From Beutenbergiaceae bacterium (GTDB taxonomy: Bacteria; Actinomycetota; Actinomycetes; Actinomycetales; Beutenbergiaceae), in NCBI GenBank assembly GCA_035302405.1, contig DATGSR010000064.1:21464-85463 (forward strand): 64,000 bases of DNA, given 5' to 3'. Of this stretch, positions 30,469 through 40,522 are shown piece after piece. Both the position numbers and the translations under genes were made by a program. The notes beneath the pieces are model-generated. The model worked only from the letters and a program-made list of their open reading frames with translations, ran no database searches and had not been told where the DNA came from. Position 1 is the first letter of the stretch, and each line of letters begins with the position of its first letter.

Positions 30469-31562
30469 TCCCGCCCCAGATCCCGGTGGATCACGGCTAC
30501 TTGCTGTCCGCGGGACCGCAACTCCTCGGCGATCGCCTCGCTCACGGCCACCGAGCGGTGCCGTCCACCAGTGCAGCCCACGGCCATGGTCACATACGGT
30601 TTCTGCTCCCGGACGTAGCCGTCGAGCGCCGGTTCGATGGCGTCCACGTAACGTTTCACGAAGTCAGCGGCACCGGGAAGGGACAACACGTAGTCGCGCA
30701 CCGGGCCGTCCTTGCCGGTCAGGTGCCGCAGTTCGGTGACCCAGTAGGGGTTGGACAGGAACCGCACGTCCACCACGTGGTCGGCGTCCATCGGCAAACC
30801 GTGTTTGAACCCGAAGGAGAGCAGCGTGATCGTCAATCCGGTCTGATCGTCCTCCGCGAGCAACTCGCGCACCTGCCGGGCCAAGTCGTGCACGGAGGTC
30901 GTGGAGGTGTCGATGACCATGTCGGCCCGCCGGCGCAGATGCTCCAACAACCGGCGTTCCTCCCGGATTCCGTCGAGCATCCTGCCCTCCCCCTGCAGCG
31001 GGTGCGGGCGCCGAACCTGTTCGAAGCGTCGCACCAGCACCTCGTTGTCGGCGTCCAGGAACAGGATCCGGTACTCCATGTTGCGACGACGCAACTCACT
31101 GAGTACGTCGATCAGGTCGGCGAAAAACTCCCGGGAACGCACGTCCACCACGGCCGCCAGGCGCCGCACGCCCCCTTCGTTGGGCGTCATCATGCCCGCG
31201 AGGGCGTGCAACATCCGCGGGGGCAGGTTATCGACGACGTACCAGTCCAGGTCCTCCAGCACCGCCGCCGCCCGGGACCTGCCCGCGCCGGACATGCCGG
31301 TGATGATGAGGATTTCCGGGCGGGTGTGGGGCGGTGGCGGTGTTTGAGCGTCCAACAGCGGCAGGCCCTCGGGGAACGTGGGAGGTTCGGTTTCCGCGTC
31401 GTTCGCCGCACGGGTGGTACCGTTCACGGCTCGGGTGTCCGCGCTCCCGGCACGGGAGCCATCGGCGGGGCCGGAATCGTCACTCAACGCACCAGGGTTC
31501 TCACTCACCGTTTCGGGATCGCCGGTTGCAGTCGTGGCCAGAGGGTCATCAGCCGCACTCAT
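30465..31562 (-). CDS. rapZ: RapZ/YvcJ-family P-loop nucleotide-binding protein
   Basis: ITGMSGAGRS, VVDNLPP, SFGFKHG, GCTGGRHRSV; low-complexity N-terminal extension. Confidence 0.94.
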   Translation of the reverse strand: MSAADDPLATTATGDPETVSENPGALSDDSGPADGSRAGSADTRAVNGTTRAANDAETEPPTFPEGLPLLDAQTPPPPHTRPEILIITGMSGAGRSRAAAVLEDLDWYVVDNLPPRMLHALAGMMTPNEGGVRRLAAVVDVRSREFFADLIDVLSELRRRNMEYRILFLDADNEVLVRRFEQVRRPHPLQGEGRMLDGIREERRLLEHLRRRADMVIDTSTTSVHDLARQVRELLAEDDQTGLTITLLSFGFKHGLPMDADHVVDVRFLSNPYWVTELRHLTGKDGPVRDYVLSLPGAADFVKRYVDAIEPALDGYVREQKPYVTMAVGCTGGRHRSVAVSEAIAEELRSRGQQVAVIHRDLGRE

Positions 31563-31566
31563 GCCC

Positions 31567-33681
31567 CTAGGATCTCACGGTGGGGTCCGAGGAGGGCGGG
31601 TTCAGCGCCTCGTGAATCGCCGTCGCCAGCGCAGGTCCGATACCCGGCACGGTCTGGATCTCCTCCACGCTCGCCCGGCGCATGGCTTTGACCGAACCGA
31701 ACTTCTCCAGCAGCGCCCGCTGCCGCGCCGGGCCCAGTCCGGGGATGTCGTCGAGCACGGAACGGGTCATCGCCTTGCTGCGTCGGGTGCGGTGGTGGGC
31801 GATCGCGAATCGGTGCGCTTCATCCCGGATGCGTTGCAGCAGGAAGAGGGCGTCGGACGTGCGCGGCAGCACCAGGGGGTAGTCGTCGCCGGGTAACCAG
31901 ACCTCTTCCAGGCGTTTGGACAGGCCGACCACCGGCACCTCGTCGACGCCGAGGTCATCCAACGCACGCGTGGCGGCCGCGACTTGTGGGGCACCTCCGT
32001 CGACGACCACCAGTTGGGGCGGATAGGCGAACCGTTGCCCGGCCGCCGGGCCGCTCGGCGCGTCGGCGCCAGGTGTAGTTTCGGCGGCGCTGGTGAGCGG
32101 CATGCTGCCAGATGGGGTCGGGGTTCCGTTCCCGCTTCGGCTCATCCCGCGCACCACGTCCCCGGTTGCTGCTGTTGCGACTTCTTTCTCGGGTTGGTCG
32201 GCGGACGTGGCCGGCGTGCCGGGGCTAGTGGTTGCCGCTGCGGCGTCGTCAGCCTCGGTGCCCGAGCCGCGCACGCCGGCCAGGTATCGGCGGAAGCGGC
32301 GGGTGAGCACCTCATACATGGCCTCGGTATCGTCACGGGCCCCGTCGCCGTCGGGACCGCGCACCACGAACCGGCGGTACTCGCTCTTGCGTGGCAGGCC
32401 GTCCTCGAACACGACCATCGAGGCCACCTGTTCGGTCCCCTGGGTGTGGGAGACGTCGTAGCACTCGATCCGAAGCGGTGAGGTCGGCAGATCCAGGTAC
32501 TCCTGCAGTTCGGAGAGCGCTGCCGACCGTGCGGTCAGATCTCCGGCGCGACGGGTCTTATGCAGGGCCAGCGCCTGCTGGGCGTTGGCGTGGACCGTTT
32601 CGGCCAGGCGGCGCTTGTCCCCGCGTTTGGCCACTCGGACCTGCACCGCCGAGCCGCGCAGGCCCCGGAGCCAGCTCTGCACCTGATGCACGTTCTCCGG
32701 CTCCGCCGGCACGATCACTTCTCGGGGCACCGCCTCCGGGCCGGACGTCCCTCCGTATACCTGCTGCAAGAGGCGTTCCACCAGTTCCCCGTCGGACAGG
32801 TCCTCCACGCGCTCGGTGACCCAGCCCCGTTGCCCGCGGATGCGCCCGCCCCGTACGTGAAAGACCTGCACCGACGCCTCCAGTTCGTCGGCAGCCATGG
32901 CGAACACGTCGGCGTCGGTACCGTCGGGCAGGACCACGGCATTCTTCTCCACCACCGTGCGCAAAGCCCCCAGGTCATCGCGCAACCGGGCGGCCCGTTC
33001 GTAGTCCTGTTCGGCGGCCGCTTCCTTCATCTGGTCTTCGAGGCGGCGCTCGAACTGGGCCGTGCGCCCGGCCATGAAGTCACAGAAGTCCTCGGCCAGC
33101 GCCCGGTGGTCCTCGGCGGAGATCCGGCCCACACATGGTGCTGAGCACTTGTCGATGTAACCCAGTAGGCAGGGCCGGCCAGCGGCCTGGGCACGTTTGA
33201 ACACCCCTGCGGAACAGGACCGGATCGGGAACACCCGCAGCAGCAGATCCACGGTCTCCCGGATCGCCCAGGCGTGGGAGTAGGGGCCGAAGTAGCGGGT
33301 CCCGGGCCGTTTCGCACCCCGCATCACCTGCACCCGGGGGAACTCCTCCCCCATCGTGACCGCCAGGTACGGGTAGGACTTGTCGTCGCGATACTTGACG
33401 TTGAAACGGGGCTCGAATTCCTTGATCCAGGCGTACTCCAGCGCCAGGGACTCGACCTCGTTGTTCACCACCGTCCAGTCCACCGAGGCCGCGGTGGTGA
33501 GCATCTGCTGCGTGCGTTGGTGCAGCCCTGCGGGGTTGCCGAAGTAGGAGGACAGCCGGGCGCGCAGGTTCTTGGCCTTGCCCACGTAGATCACGCGGCC
33601 GTGAGCGTCCAGAAAGCGGTAGACGCCGGGTGATTCCGGGATCTCCCCCGGTTTAGGGCGGTAGGTCGAAGGGTCAGCCAC
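31567..33681 (-). CDS. uvrC: Excinuclease ABC subunit C
   Basis: PGVYRF...[16 protein letters not shown] domain, [24 protein letters not shown], HhH motifs. Confidence 0.97.
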   Translation of the reverse strand: MADPSTYRPKPGEIPESPGVYRFLDAHGRVIYVGKAKNLRARLSSYFGNPAGLHQRTQQMLTTAASVDWTVVNNEVESLALEYAWIKEFEPRFNVKYRDDKSYPYLAVTMGEEFPRVQVMRGAKRPGTRYFGPYSHAWAIRETVDLLLRVFPIRSCSAGVFKRAQAAGRPCLLGYIDKCSAPCVGRISAEDHRALAEDFCDFMAGRTAQFERRLEDQMKEAAAEQDYERAARLRDDLGALRTVVEKNAVVLPDGTDADVFAMAADELEASVQVFHVRGGRIRGQRGWVTERVEDLSDGELVERLLQQVYGGTSGPEAVPREVIVPAEPENVHQVQSWLRGLRGSAVQVRVAKRGDKRRLAETVHANAQQALALHKTRRAGDLTARSAALSELQEYLDLPTSPLRIECYDVSHTQGTEQVASMVVFEDGLPRKSEYRRFVVRGPDGDGARDDTEAMYEVLTRRFRRYLAGVRGSGTEADDAAAATTSPGTPATSADQPEKEVATAATGDVVRGMSRSGNGTPTPSGSMPLTSAAETTPGADAPSGPAAGQRFAYPPQLVVVDGGAPQVAAATRALDDLGVDEVPVVGLSKRLEEVWLPGDDYPLVLPRTSDALFLLQRIRDEAHRFAIAHHRTRRSKAMTRSVLDDIPGLGPARQRALLEKFGSVKAMRRASVEEIQTVPGIGPALATAIHEALNPPSSDPTVRS

Positions 33682-33744
33682 ATCTCCACCCTAAGTCGGC
33701 TCACGTGCGGAGATCGGACCACTACACAGTCGGCAGCGGGGCGG

Positions 33745-33880
33745 GCTCGGGAAACAAAGGCGGGCGAGTTCGAGAAACACAAGGCGGGAAGCCTGGCGTC
33801 CCACAGCAGGTGGAAAGCCTGACGCACAGCCGGTGGTAAGCCTGGCGTCCCACAGCAGGTGGGAGGCCTGGCGCAGAGCG
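33745..33880. repeat. Composite degenerate repeats between uvrA and uvrC
   Basis: AAGCCTGGCGTCCCACAGCAGGTGG twice (33789, 33838) with degenerate copies between and after; GAAACA(C)AAGGCGGG-like unit twice. Confidence 0.8.
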
Positions 33881-33933
33881 CCCGAGCAGAGCACGGATAG
33901 GGGCGCCGGGTTAGCCCCCCTTGCGGTCTCGAC

Positions 33934-36885
33934 CTAGGCGCTCTTGCGGTCCCGGGTTCGGGCTTTGGCGGCCCGGCGCGCAGAGCGAGCCTTCGGCCGG
34001 GACGGCGGGGCCACCAACGTGATGGGCTTGGTCTCCGCGACCGCATCGGTACCGAGGATCTCGGCGATGAACCGGCCGGTGTGACTGGCCGGCTCCTGGG
34101 CCACCTGCTCCGGGGTGCCGGTGGCCACGACGGTGCCGCCTCCGATGCCGCCCTCTGGCCCCATGTCGATGATCCAGTCGGCGTTCTTGATCACGTCCAG
34201 GTTGTGCTCGATCACCACCACCGTGTTGCCCTTGTCGACCAGGCCCTGCAACACCCGCATGAGTTTGCGGATGTCCTCGAAATGCAGTCCGGTGGTGGGT
34301 TCATCCAGCACGTATACGGTGCGCCCGGAGGAGCGTTTCTGCAGTTCGGAGGCGAGTTTGACGCGCTGCGCCTCACCGCCGGAGAGGGTCGGCGCCGGCT
34401 GGCCGAGCCGCACATACCCCAGGCCCACGTCCACGAGCGTTTTCAGGTGCCGGGAGATCGCCGGGACGGCGGCGAAGAAGTCCGCCGCCTCGGTGATCGG
34501 CATATCGAGCACTTCGGCCACGTTCCGACCCTTGTAGTGCACCTCGAGCGTTTCGCGGTTGTATCGCGCCCCCTGGCATACCTCGCACGGCACGTACACG
34601 TCCGGTAGGAAGTTCATCTCGATCTTCAACGTCCCGTCACCCGAGCACGCCTCGCACCGCCCGCCCTTGACGTTGAAGGAGAACCGCCCGGGGGTGTACC
34701 CGCGGACCTTGGCTTCCTGGGTTTCGGCGAAAAGTTTGCGCACGTGGTCCCACACGCCGGTGTAGGTGGCGGGGTTGGACCGCGGGGTGCGCCCGATCGG
34801 GCTCTGGTCCACGTGCACGACCTTGTCCAGCGGCTCGAGCCCGGAGACCCGTTTGTGCCTACCGGGTACCAACCGTGCACCATTGAGCTCGTTGGCGAGC
34901 ACCTTGTACAGCACCGAATCAACCAGTGTGGACTTTCCGGATCCGGAGACGCCGGTGACCGCGATGAAGCATCCCAGCGGGAAGGACACCGTCACCGACC
35001 TCAGGTTGTTCTCCCGGGCGTTGTGGACGGTAATCTGCCGGTCGGGGTGGGGTCGGCGCCGTTGCGGGGGTACCGGCACCTGACGGCGGCCGGCGAGGTA
35101 GTCGGCGGTGATCGACTCGGTGTTGCCCACCAACTCCTGGTACGAGCCGGAGTGCACGATCTGACCGCCGAGTTCCCCCGCTCCGGGGCCGATGTCCACC
35201 ACCCAGTCGGCGGTGCGAATCGTGTCCTCGTCATGCTCCACGACGATCAACGTGTTGCCCAGGTCACGCAGTCGGGTCAAGGTCTCGATTAGGCGCCGGT
35301 TATCCCGCTGGTGCAACCCGATGCTGGGCTCATCCAGCACGTACAGGACGCCGACCAGACCGGAGCCGATCTGGGTCGCCAGCCGGATCCGTTGCGCCTC
35401 GCCGCCGGAGAGGGTGGCCGCGGCCCGGGACATCGACAGGTAGTCCAGCCCTACGTCGAGCAGGAACCCCATCCGGGCGTGGATCTCCTTGAGCACCTGC
35501 CCGGCGATCGCCGCTTCCCGGGGGCCCAGTTTCAGTTCGTCCAGGAAATCCTTGGCCTGGTCGATCGGCAGGTCGCATAGTTCGGCGATGGATTTACCAC
35601 CGACGCGCACCGCGAGCACCTCGGGCTTGAGGCGCGCCCCGTTACACGCCGGGCAGGGCACCTCGCGCATGTATTCCTCGTACCGCTCCCTGGACCAGTC
35701 GGACTCGGTCTCGGAGTGCTTGCGCATGATGAAGGAGATGACGCCCTCGAACCCGGTGGAGTAGGAACGTTCTCGGCCCCACCGGTTGCGGTAGCGCACG
35801 TGCACCTTGTGGTCCTTGCCGTTGAGCACCGCTTCCTTGGCGCGCTTGGGCAGCGCCCGCCACGGAGTGTCCATGGAGAAGCCGAGGTCTTCGGCGAGCG
35901 CGGTCATCACCCGTTCGAAGTAGGCGGAGTTCGCTCCGGCCCACGGCGCTACGGCGCCTTCGGCCAGGCTCAGGTCCTCATCGGGGATAACCAGGTCCGC
36001 GTCGACTTCCAGGCGAGTGCCGATCCCGGTGCACTCCGGGCATGCGCCGTAGGGGGCGTTGAAGGAGAACGTGCGCGGTTCGATCTCCTCCAAGGTGAGC
36101 TCGTGGTCATTCGGGCAGGCCCGGCGCTCGGAGAAGCGGCGCACCCGGCCCGGGTCATCGGCGTCCAGGTCGACCAGATCGACCAGCACCAGACCGTCCG
36201 CCAACCGCAGCGCCGTCTCCACCGAATCGGTGAGGCGTTGGCGGATGTTCTCCCGGACCACCAGCCGGTCCACCACTACCTCGATGGTGTGCTTGATGTT
36301 CTTCTCCAACGCCGGCGGCTCCGCCAGCGGCACGGTCTCACCGTCAACACGCGCGCGGGCGAAACCCTGGGCGCCCAGATCCCGGAACAGGTCGGCGTAC
36401 TCGCCCTTGCGGCCCCGTACGACGGGGGCGAGCACCTGGAAGCGGGTGCCCTCCGGCATCTGCTGGAGTTGATCCACGATCTGCTGCGGGGTCTGGGCGA
36501 TGATGCGTTCATCACAGACCGGACAGTGCTGCACGCCGGTGCGGGCGTAGAGCAGACGCAGATAGTCGTACACCTCCGTGATGGTCCCGACAGTTGAGCG
36601 CGGGTTACGGTTCGTGGACTTCTGGTCGATCGATACCGCCGGCGACAAGCCCTCGATGAAGTCGACGTCGGGCTTGTCCATCTGCCCGAGGAACTGGCGG
36701 GCATAGGCGGATAACGACTCCACGTACCGGCGCTGCCCCTCGGCGAAGATCGTGTCGAACGCCAGGGAGGACTTGCCGGAACCCGATAGACCGGTGAAGA
36801 CGATGAGCCGGTCACGGGGAAGATCGAGGTTGATGTTGCGCAGGTTGTGCTCCCGCGCACCACGGACGAGAAGGTGGTCGCTCAC
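33934..36885 (-). CDS. uvrA: Excinuclease ABC subunit A
   Basis: [23 protein letters not shown], two [11 protein letters not shown] signatures, zinc fingers. GTG 36885 lies 7 nt after TAGCAT; alternative start ATG 36894. Confidence 0.98.
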   Translation of the reverse strand: MSDHLLVRGAREHNLRNINLDLPRDRLIVFTGLSGSGKSSLAFDTIFAEGQRRYVESLSAYARQFLGQMDKPDVDFIEGLSPAVSIDQKSTNRNPRSTVGTITEVYDYLRLLYARTGVQHCPVCDERIIAQTPQQIVDQLQQMPEGTRFQVLAPVVRGRKGEYADLFRDLGAQGFARARVDGETVPLAEPPALEKNIKHTIEVVVDRLVVRENIRQRLTDSVETALRLADGLVLVDLVDLDADDPGRVRRFSERRACPNDHELTLEEIEPRTFSFNAPYGACPECTGIGTRLEVDADLVIPDEDLSLAEGAVAPWAGANSAYFERVMTALAEDLGFSMDTPWRALPKRAKEAVLNGKDHKVHVRYRNRWGRERSYSTGFEGVISFIMRKHSETESDWSRERYEEYMREVPCPACNGARLKPEVLAVRVGGKSIAELCDLPIDQAKDFLDELKLGPREAAIAGQVLKEIHARMGFLLDVGLDYLSMSRAAATLSGGEAQRIRLATQIGSGLVGVLYVLDEPSIGLHQRDNRRLIETLTRLRDLGNTLIVVEHDEDTIRTADWVVDIGPGAGELGGQIVHSGSYQELVGNTESITADYLAGRRQVPVPPQRRRPHPDRQITVHNARENNLRSVTVSFPLGCFIAVTGVSGSGKSTLVDSVLYKVLANELNGARLVPGRHKRVSGLEPLDKVVHVDQSPIGRTPRSNPATYTGVWDHVRKLFAETQEAKVRGYTPGRFSFNVKGGRCEACSGDGTLKIEMNFLPDVYVPCEVCQGARYNRETLEVHYKGRNVAEVLDMPITEAADFFAAVPAISRHLKTLVDVGLGYVRLGQPAPTLSGGEAQRVKLASELQKRSSGRTVYVLDEPTTGLHFEDIRKLMRVLQGLVDKGNTVVVIEHNLDVIKNADWIIDMGPEGGIGGGTVVATGTPEQVAQEPASHTGRFIAEILGTDAVAETKPITLVAPPSRPKARSARRAAKARTRDRKSA

Positions 36886-36914
36886 GTCTGCCATGCTAAA
36901 CGCTGCGCACCGTC

Positions 36915-36930
36915 TCGTACAACCGTTCGA
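36915..36930. promoter_or_regulatory. LexA (SOS) box upstream of uvrA
   Basis: TCGTAC-AACC-GTTCGA, one mismatch to the actinobacterial consensus TCGAAC-N4-GTTCGA, over the expected -35 region. Confidence 0.8.
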
Positions 36931-37035
36931 CGGCGGAGGTGGTCGGAGTCATCGCGGCCTCACCCGCCTACCCCAGGCCGGTCGGTGCTAGCGCTTCCCG
37001 GCCGGCCCGCTGAGGCCCCCGGCTGGAACGAACGT

Positions 37036-37061
37036 GGCCCCGGCGCGCAGCAGCCGGGGCC
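37036..37061 (-). terminator. Stem-loop downstream of aceA
   Basis: GGCCCCGGC-N8-GCCGGGGCC shortly after the stop codon. Confidence 0.6.
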
Positions 37062-37078
37062 CGTCCAGGCGCGGGAGC

Positions 37079-38674
37079 CTAGTTGAACTGGTTCATCGTG
37101 TTGTCCTTACCGCCGGCCTTGAGAGCGGCGTCCCCGGCGAAGTACTCCTTGTGGTTATCTCCGATATCGCTGCCGGCCATGTTCTGGTGCTTGACCGTGG
37201 CGATCCCTTCACGGATCTCCCGGCGCTGTACGTCGCGCACGTAGGTGAGCATGCCCTCGGCACCGAAGTAACCCTTTGCGAGGTTGTCGGTCGAGAGCGC
37301 CGCAGTGTGGTAGGTCGGCAGGGTGATGAGGTGGTGGAAGATCCCGGCCCGGTCAGAACCGTCGCGCTGGAAGGTGCGGATCTTCTCATCGGCCAGCCGG
37401 GCAAGCTCGGTGTCGTCGTACTCGGCGCTCATCAGGTTGTCCCGGTCGTAGGCCGAGACGTCCTCGCCCTGATCAACCAGGAGATCGTAGGCCTGCTGCC
37501 GGAAGTTGAGCGTCCAGTTGAAGGACGGACTGTTGTTGTAGACGAGTTTGGCGTCGGGAACCTGTTCCCGGATCCGGTCCACCATGCCGGCGATCTGTGC
37601 CACGTGCGGCTTCTCGGTCTCGATCCACAGTAGATCCGCGCCGTTGCGCAGCGAGGTGATGCAGTCCAGCACCACGCGATCGGCGCCCGTGCCCTCGCGG
37701 AACTGGAAGAGATTGCTCGCCAGACGCTTGGGCCGCAGCAACTTGCCGTTGCGTTCGATGACTACATCCCCGTTCCCGAGATCGGCGCCGGAAATCTCCT
37801 CGACGTCCAGGAACGAGTTGTACTGATCGCCCAGGTCCCCAGGAGTGTTCGTCACGGCGATCTTCTGGGTCAGGCCGGCACCGAGGGAGTCGGTGCGGGC
37901 CACGATCACACCGTTATCGATGCCCAGTTCCAGGAAGGCGTAGCGGATCGCGTTGATCTTGGCGATGAAATCCTCGTGCGGGACGGTGACCTTGCCGTCC
38001 TGGTGGCCGCACTGTTTCTCGTCGGAGACCTGGTTCTCGATCTGCAGGGCGCAGGCTCCGGCCTCGATCATCTTCTTGGCCAGCAGGTAGGTCGCCTCCG
38101 GGTTTCCGAATCCGGCGTCGATGTCGGCGATGATCGGCACCACATGCGTTTCGAAGTTCTCGATGCGGGACTGGATGAAATCCACCGCGGTCTCGTCCCC
38201 GGCGGCCCGGGCCTCGTCGAGTTCGGTGAACAGCAGGTCGAGTTCCCGAGCATCGGCTTGGCGCAGGAAGGTGTAGATCTCTTCGATGAGCATCGGCACC
38301 GCGGTCTTCTCATGCATCGACTGATCCGGCAGCGGGCCGAACTCCGAACGCATGGCGGCCACCATCCAACCGGACAGGTACAGGTACCGCTTGTTGGTGT
38401 CCTTGAGGTGCTTCTTGATCGAGATCATCTTCTGCTGGCCGATGAACCCGTGCCAGACGCCCAGGGACTGGGTGTACAACGAAGGATCGGCGTCGTACTG
38501 CGCCATGTCGCGGCGCATGATGTCGGCGGTGTACCGGGCAATGTCCAGGCCGGTGCGGAACCGGTTCTGCGCCCGCATCCGGGCGACGTATTCAGGGTTG
38601 ATCGAGTCCCAGCCGGACCCGTACCGCTCCTTGAGCGCCCGCACGGCCTCGATGTCGTCGTGGAACGTGGTCAT
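37079..38674 (-). CDS. aceA: Isocitrate lyase (531-aa type)
   Basis: YLSGWMVAA, PDQSMHE, IIADIDAGFG, QIENQVSDEKQCGHQDGK, ARTDSLGA, YNNSPSFNW; ATG 38674 after AAGGGA. Confidence 0.95.
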   Translation of the reverse strand: MTTFHDDIEAVRALKERYGSGWDSINPEYVARMRAQNRFRTGLDIARYTADIMRRDMAQYDADPSLYTQSLGVWHGFIGQQKMISIKKHLKDTNKRYLYLSGWMVAAMRSEFGPLPDQSMHEKTAVPMLIEEIYTFLRQADARELDLLFTELDEARAAGDETAVDFIQSRIENFETHVVPIIADIDAGFGNPEATYLLAKKMIEAGACALQIENQVSDEKQCGHQDGKVTVPHEDFIAKINAIRYAFLELGIDNGVIVARTDSLGAGLTQKIAVTNTPGDLGDQYNSFLDVEEISGADLGNGDVVIERNGKLLRPKRLASNLFQFREGTGADRVVLDCITSLRNGADLLWIETEKPHVAQIAGMVDRIREQVPDAKLVYNNSPSFNWTLNFRQQAYDLLVDQGEDVSAYDRDNLMSAEYDDTELARLADEKIRTFQRDGSDRAGIFHHLITLPTYHTAALSTDNLAKGYFGAEGMLTYVRDVQRREIREGIATVKHQNMAGSDIGDNHKEYFAGDAALKAGGKDNTMNQFN

Positions 38675-39013
38675 CTTGATCCCTTCGTCTGGCGCCGGCG
38701 AGCACCGTTGGCCGGTGCCCGCCAGCACGGAGTGTCTGGCTTGGATCTCTACCGTGTGGCAAGAATCACTGCCTGAGCACCACTGATCGTGTGAAAGATT
38801 GGCTGTTTTTATCGCCAGGAGAAGCCAGGGCGGCGCATCACCAGATCTGGCTCGCCCACAGGGGAGGCAAAGGTCACGTCCCGCACGGCGCCCAAACTGG
38901 CACCCGTACCCGTACACGGCACCGATGGTCTCTGCGCAGCCTGCCCGGTTCGTTCACCAGTCCCGGCTCGCCGCGGCCTGCCCCGTCGTGGTTGGCAGGG
39001 CACAATGCTGCCC

Positions 39014-39697
39014 ATGAGTCGTATCCCTGCTTTTGTACCGGGCCACGTGGAGCCGGGCGGGCCCAGCCTCGTGTGGCGGCTTGCCGAGGTCGAAATCCGC
39101 AAGGCGTCGGTCTCCGCTGAGGACAACAACGCCTACCTCTTCACCGATGGAGTTTCGGGATCCCGGTTACTGATCGATGCAGCCGACGACGCGGACCGCC
39201 TTCAGGGGTTCATCGCCGAACCGGAGCCCGCTGGCGACTTGGTGGGGATCTGCACCACGCACCAGCACTGGGACCATCACCGGGCCTTACTCGCGCTGGC
39301 CGAACACACCCGCGCACCCACCTTCGCCGGAGCCGCAGACGCACCGGCGCTGCCCGTCGCCGTCGATCATCACCTGGAACACGGGGACGTGATCAACGTG
39401 GGTGCTCACCGCATCGACGTGATCGGTCTGCGCGGCCACACCCCGGGCTCGGTGGCGCTGGCGTGGCAGGACGCCCACTCCGGTGTGGTGCACATCTTCA
39501 GCGGCGACAGCCTCTTCCCCGGAGGGGTGGGTAAGACCAATAGCGCCGAGGAGTTCGCCTCCCTCATCGATGACGTGGAGAAGCGCATCTTCGACGTATT
39601 CGGCGATGACACGGTGATCTACCCCGGCCATGGGGACAACACGACACTGGGTGCCGAACGGCCGCATCTGGACCAGTGGCGTGAACGCGGCTGGTGA
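39014..39697 (+). CDS. MBL-fold metallo-hydrolase
   Basis: THQHWDH, GHTPGS, FSGDSLFPGG, YPGHG. Confidence 0.92.
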   Translation: MSRIPAFVPGHVEPGGPSLVWRLAEVEIRKASVSAEDNNAYLFTDGVSGSRLLIDAADDADRLQGFIAEPEPAGDLVGICTTHQHWDHHRALLALAEHTRAPTFAGAADAPALPVAVDHHLEHGDVINVGAHRIDVIGLRGHTPGSVALAWQDAHSGVVHIFSGDSLFPGGVGKTNSAEEFASLIDDVEKRIFDVFGDDTVIYPGHGDNTTLGAERPHLDQWRERGW

Positions 39698-39710
39698 CTA
39701 GGGTCGTCCC

Positions 39711-40004
39711 ATGACGATATTCGCGGTGGAGTACACCTACGATGTGCAGCGCACCTCGGCCCTGGATGAACTCCGCCCTCGCCACAGGGAATTCCTCAAG
39801 GATCTTCGGGACCGAGATGTGCTCCTCGCTTCGGGACCGTGGTTGGACAACGCCACCCCCGGGGCGCTGTTGCTACTACATGCCGAGGACGACACCGCGG
39901 CGTCGCGGATGCTCGACGACGACCCGTTTCAACGCGCCAAGTTGATCACCCACCGCCGTATCCGGGCCTGGAAGCCGGTGTTCGGTCCGTTCAGCACCGA
40001 CTGA
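39711..40004 (+). CDS. YciI family protein
   Basis: RPRHREFL, LLASGP, GALLL, DDPF. Confidence 0.88.
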   Translation: MTIFAVEYTYDVQRTSALDELRPRHREFLKDLRDRDVLLASGPWLDNATPGALLLLHAEDDTAASRMLDDDPFQRAKLITHRRIRAWKPVFGPFSTD

Positions 40005-40030
40005 GCAACGTAGGCGTTCGGCGCCGATAA

Positions 40031-40161
40031 TCAGCGGTACCAACCGCAGGGGCACCGACCGGCCCGCACGTCCTTCGGTCCGGAACCCGCGGGCTCACGT
40101 TTTCTATGGAACGTACGGGCCTGGTCGGTAACTGCCTGAGTCATCCTCAGCAGCAGTACGG
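40031..40161 (-). ncRNA. Candidate structured small RNA or orphan leader
   Basis: Minus-strand promoter TTGGCG-N17-TATGTT (40196-40168) followed by stems at 40131-40157, 40054-40129 and 40034-40047; no downstream same-strand gene. Confidence 0.4.
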
Positions 40162-40393
40162 TCACCGAACATACCGCCCGCACCCTGTTCCGCCAACCAA
40201 CCATCTACGCAGGTCAACGGTTTTCGTGCAGGTCAGCAGGGGTAAGAAATCTTCATTCAAGCGGCGTGTCGTTCCTTGACCGCCGCCCGCAGAGATCTCC
40301 AGGCCGCTCGCGAGGACCGCGGTGAATACCCTACTCAGAGTGCATCCCGGCCCACCCTCGCCGGCGCTATGAGCCGTCGCCCGCGCGCCGCGC

Positions 40394-40428
40394 GGTCAGC
40401 TTGTCACGGCCGGTCAGCTTGTCACGGC
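40394..40428. repeat. 18-bp-period direct repeat x2
   Basis: GGTCAGCTTGTCACGGC at 40394 and 40412. Confidence 0.85.
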
Positions 40429-40522
40429 GTGGAGCAGGCCACGATTCGCTGGAGTACGGCATCTCCGCAGTCCGCAACGCGGGCGCACCCGGGCCGCAAC
40501 GCGGGCGCACCCGGGCGGACAC

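Noticed and set aside
38740-38815. RamB-type operator upstream of aceA
   Set aside because: An AT-richer patch is present, but I found no convincing match to a known consensus.
40020-40047. Chromosomal dif site
   Set aside because: CGCCGATAAT resembles the XerC arm, but the XerD arm (TTATGT..A.T) is absent.
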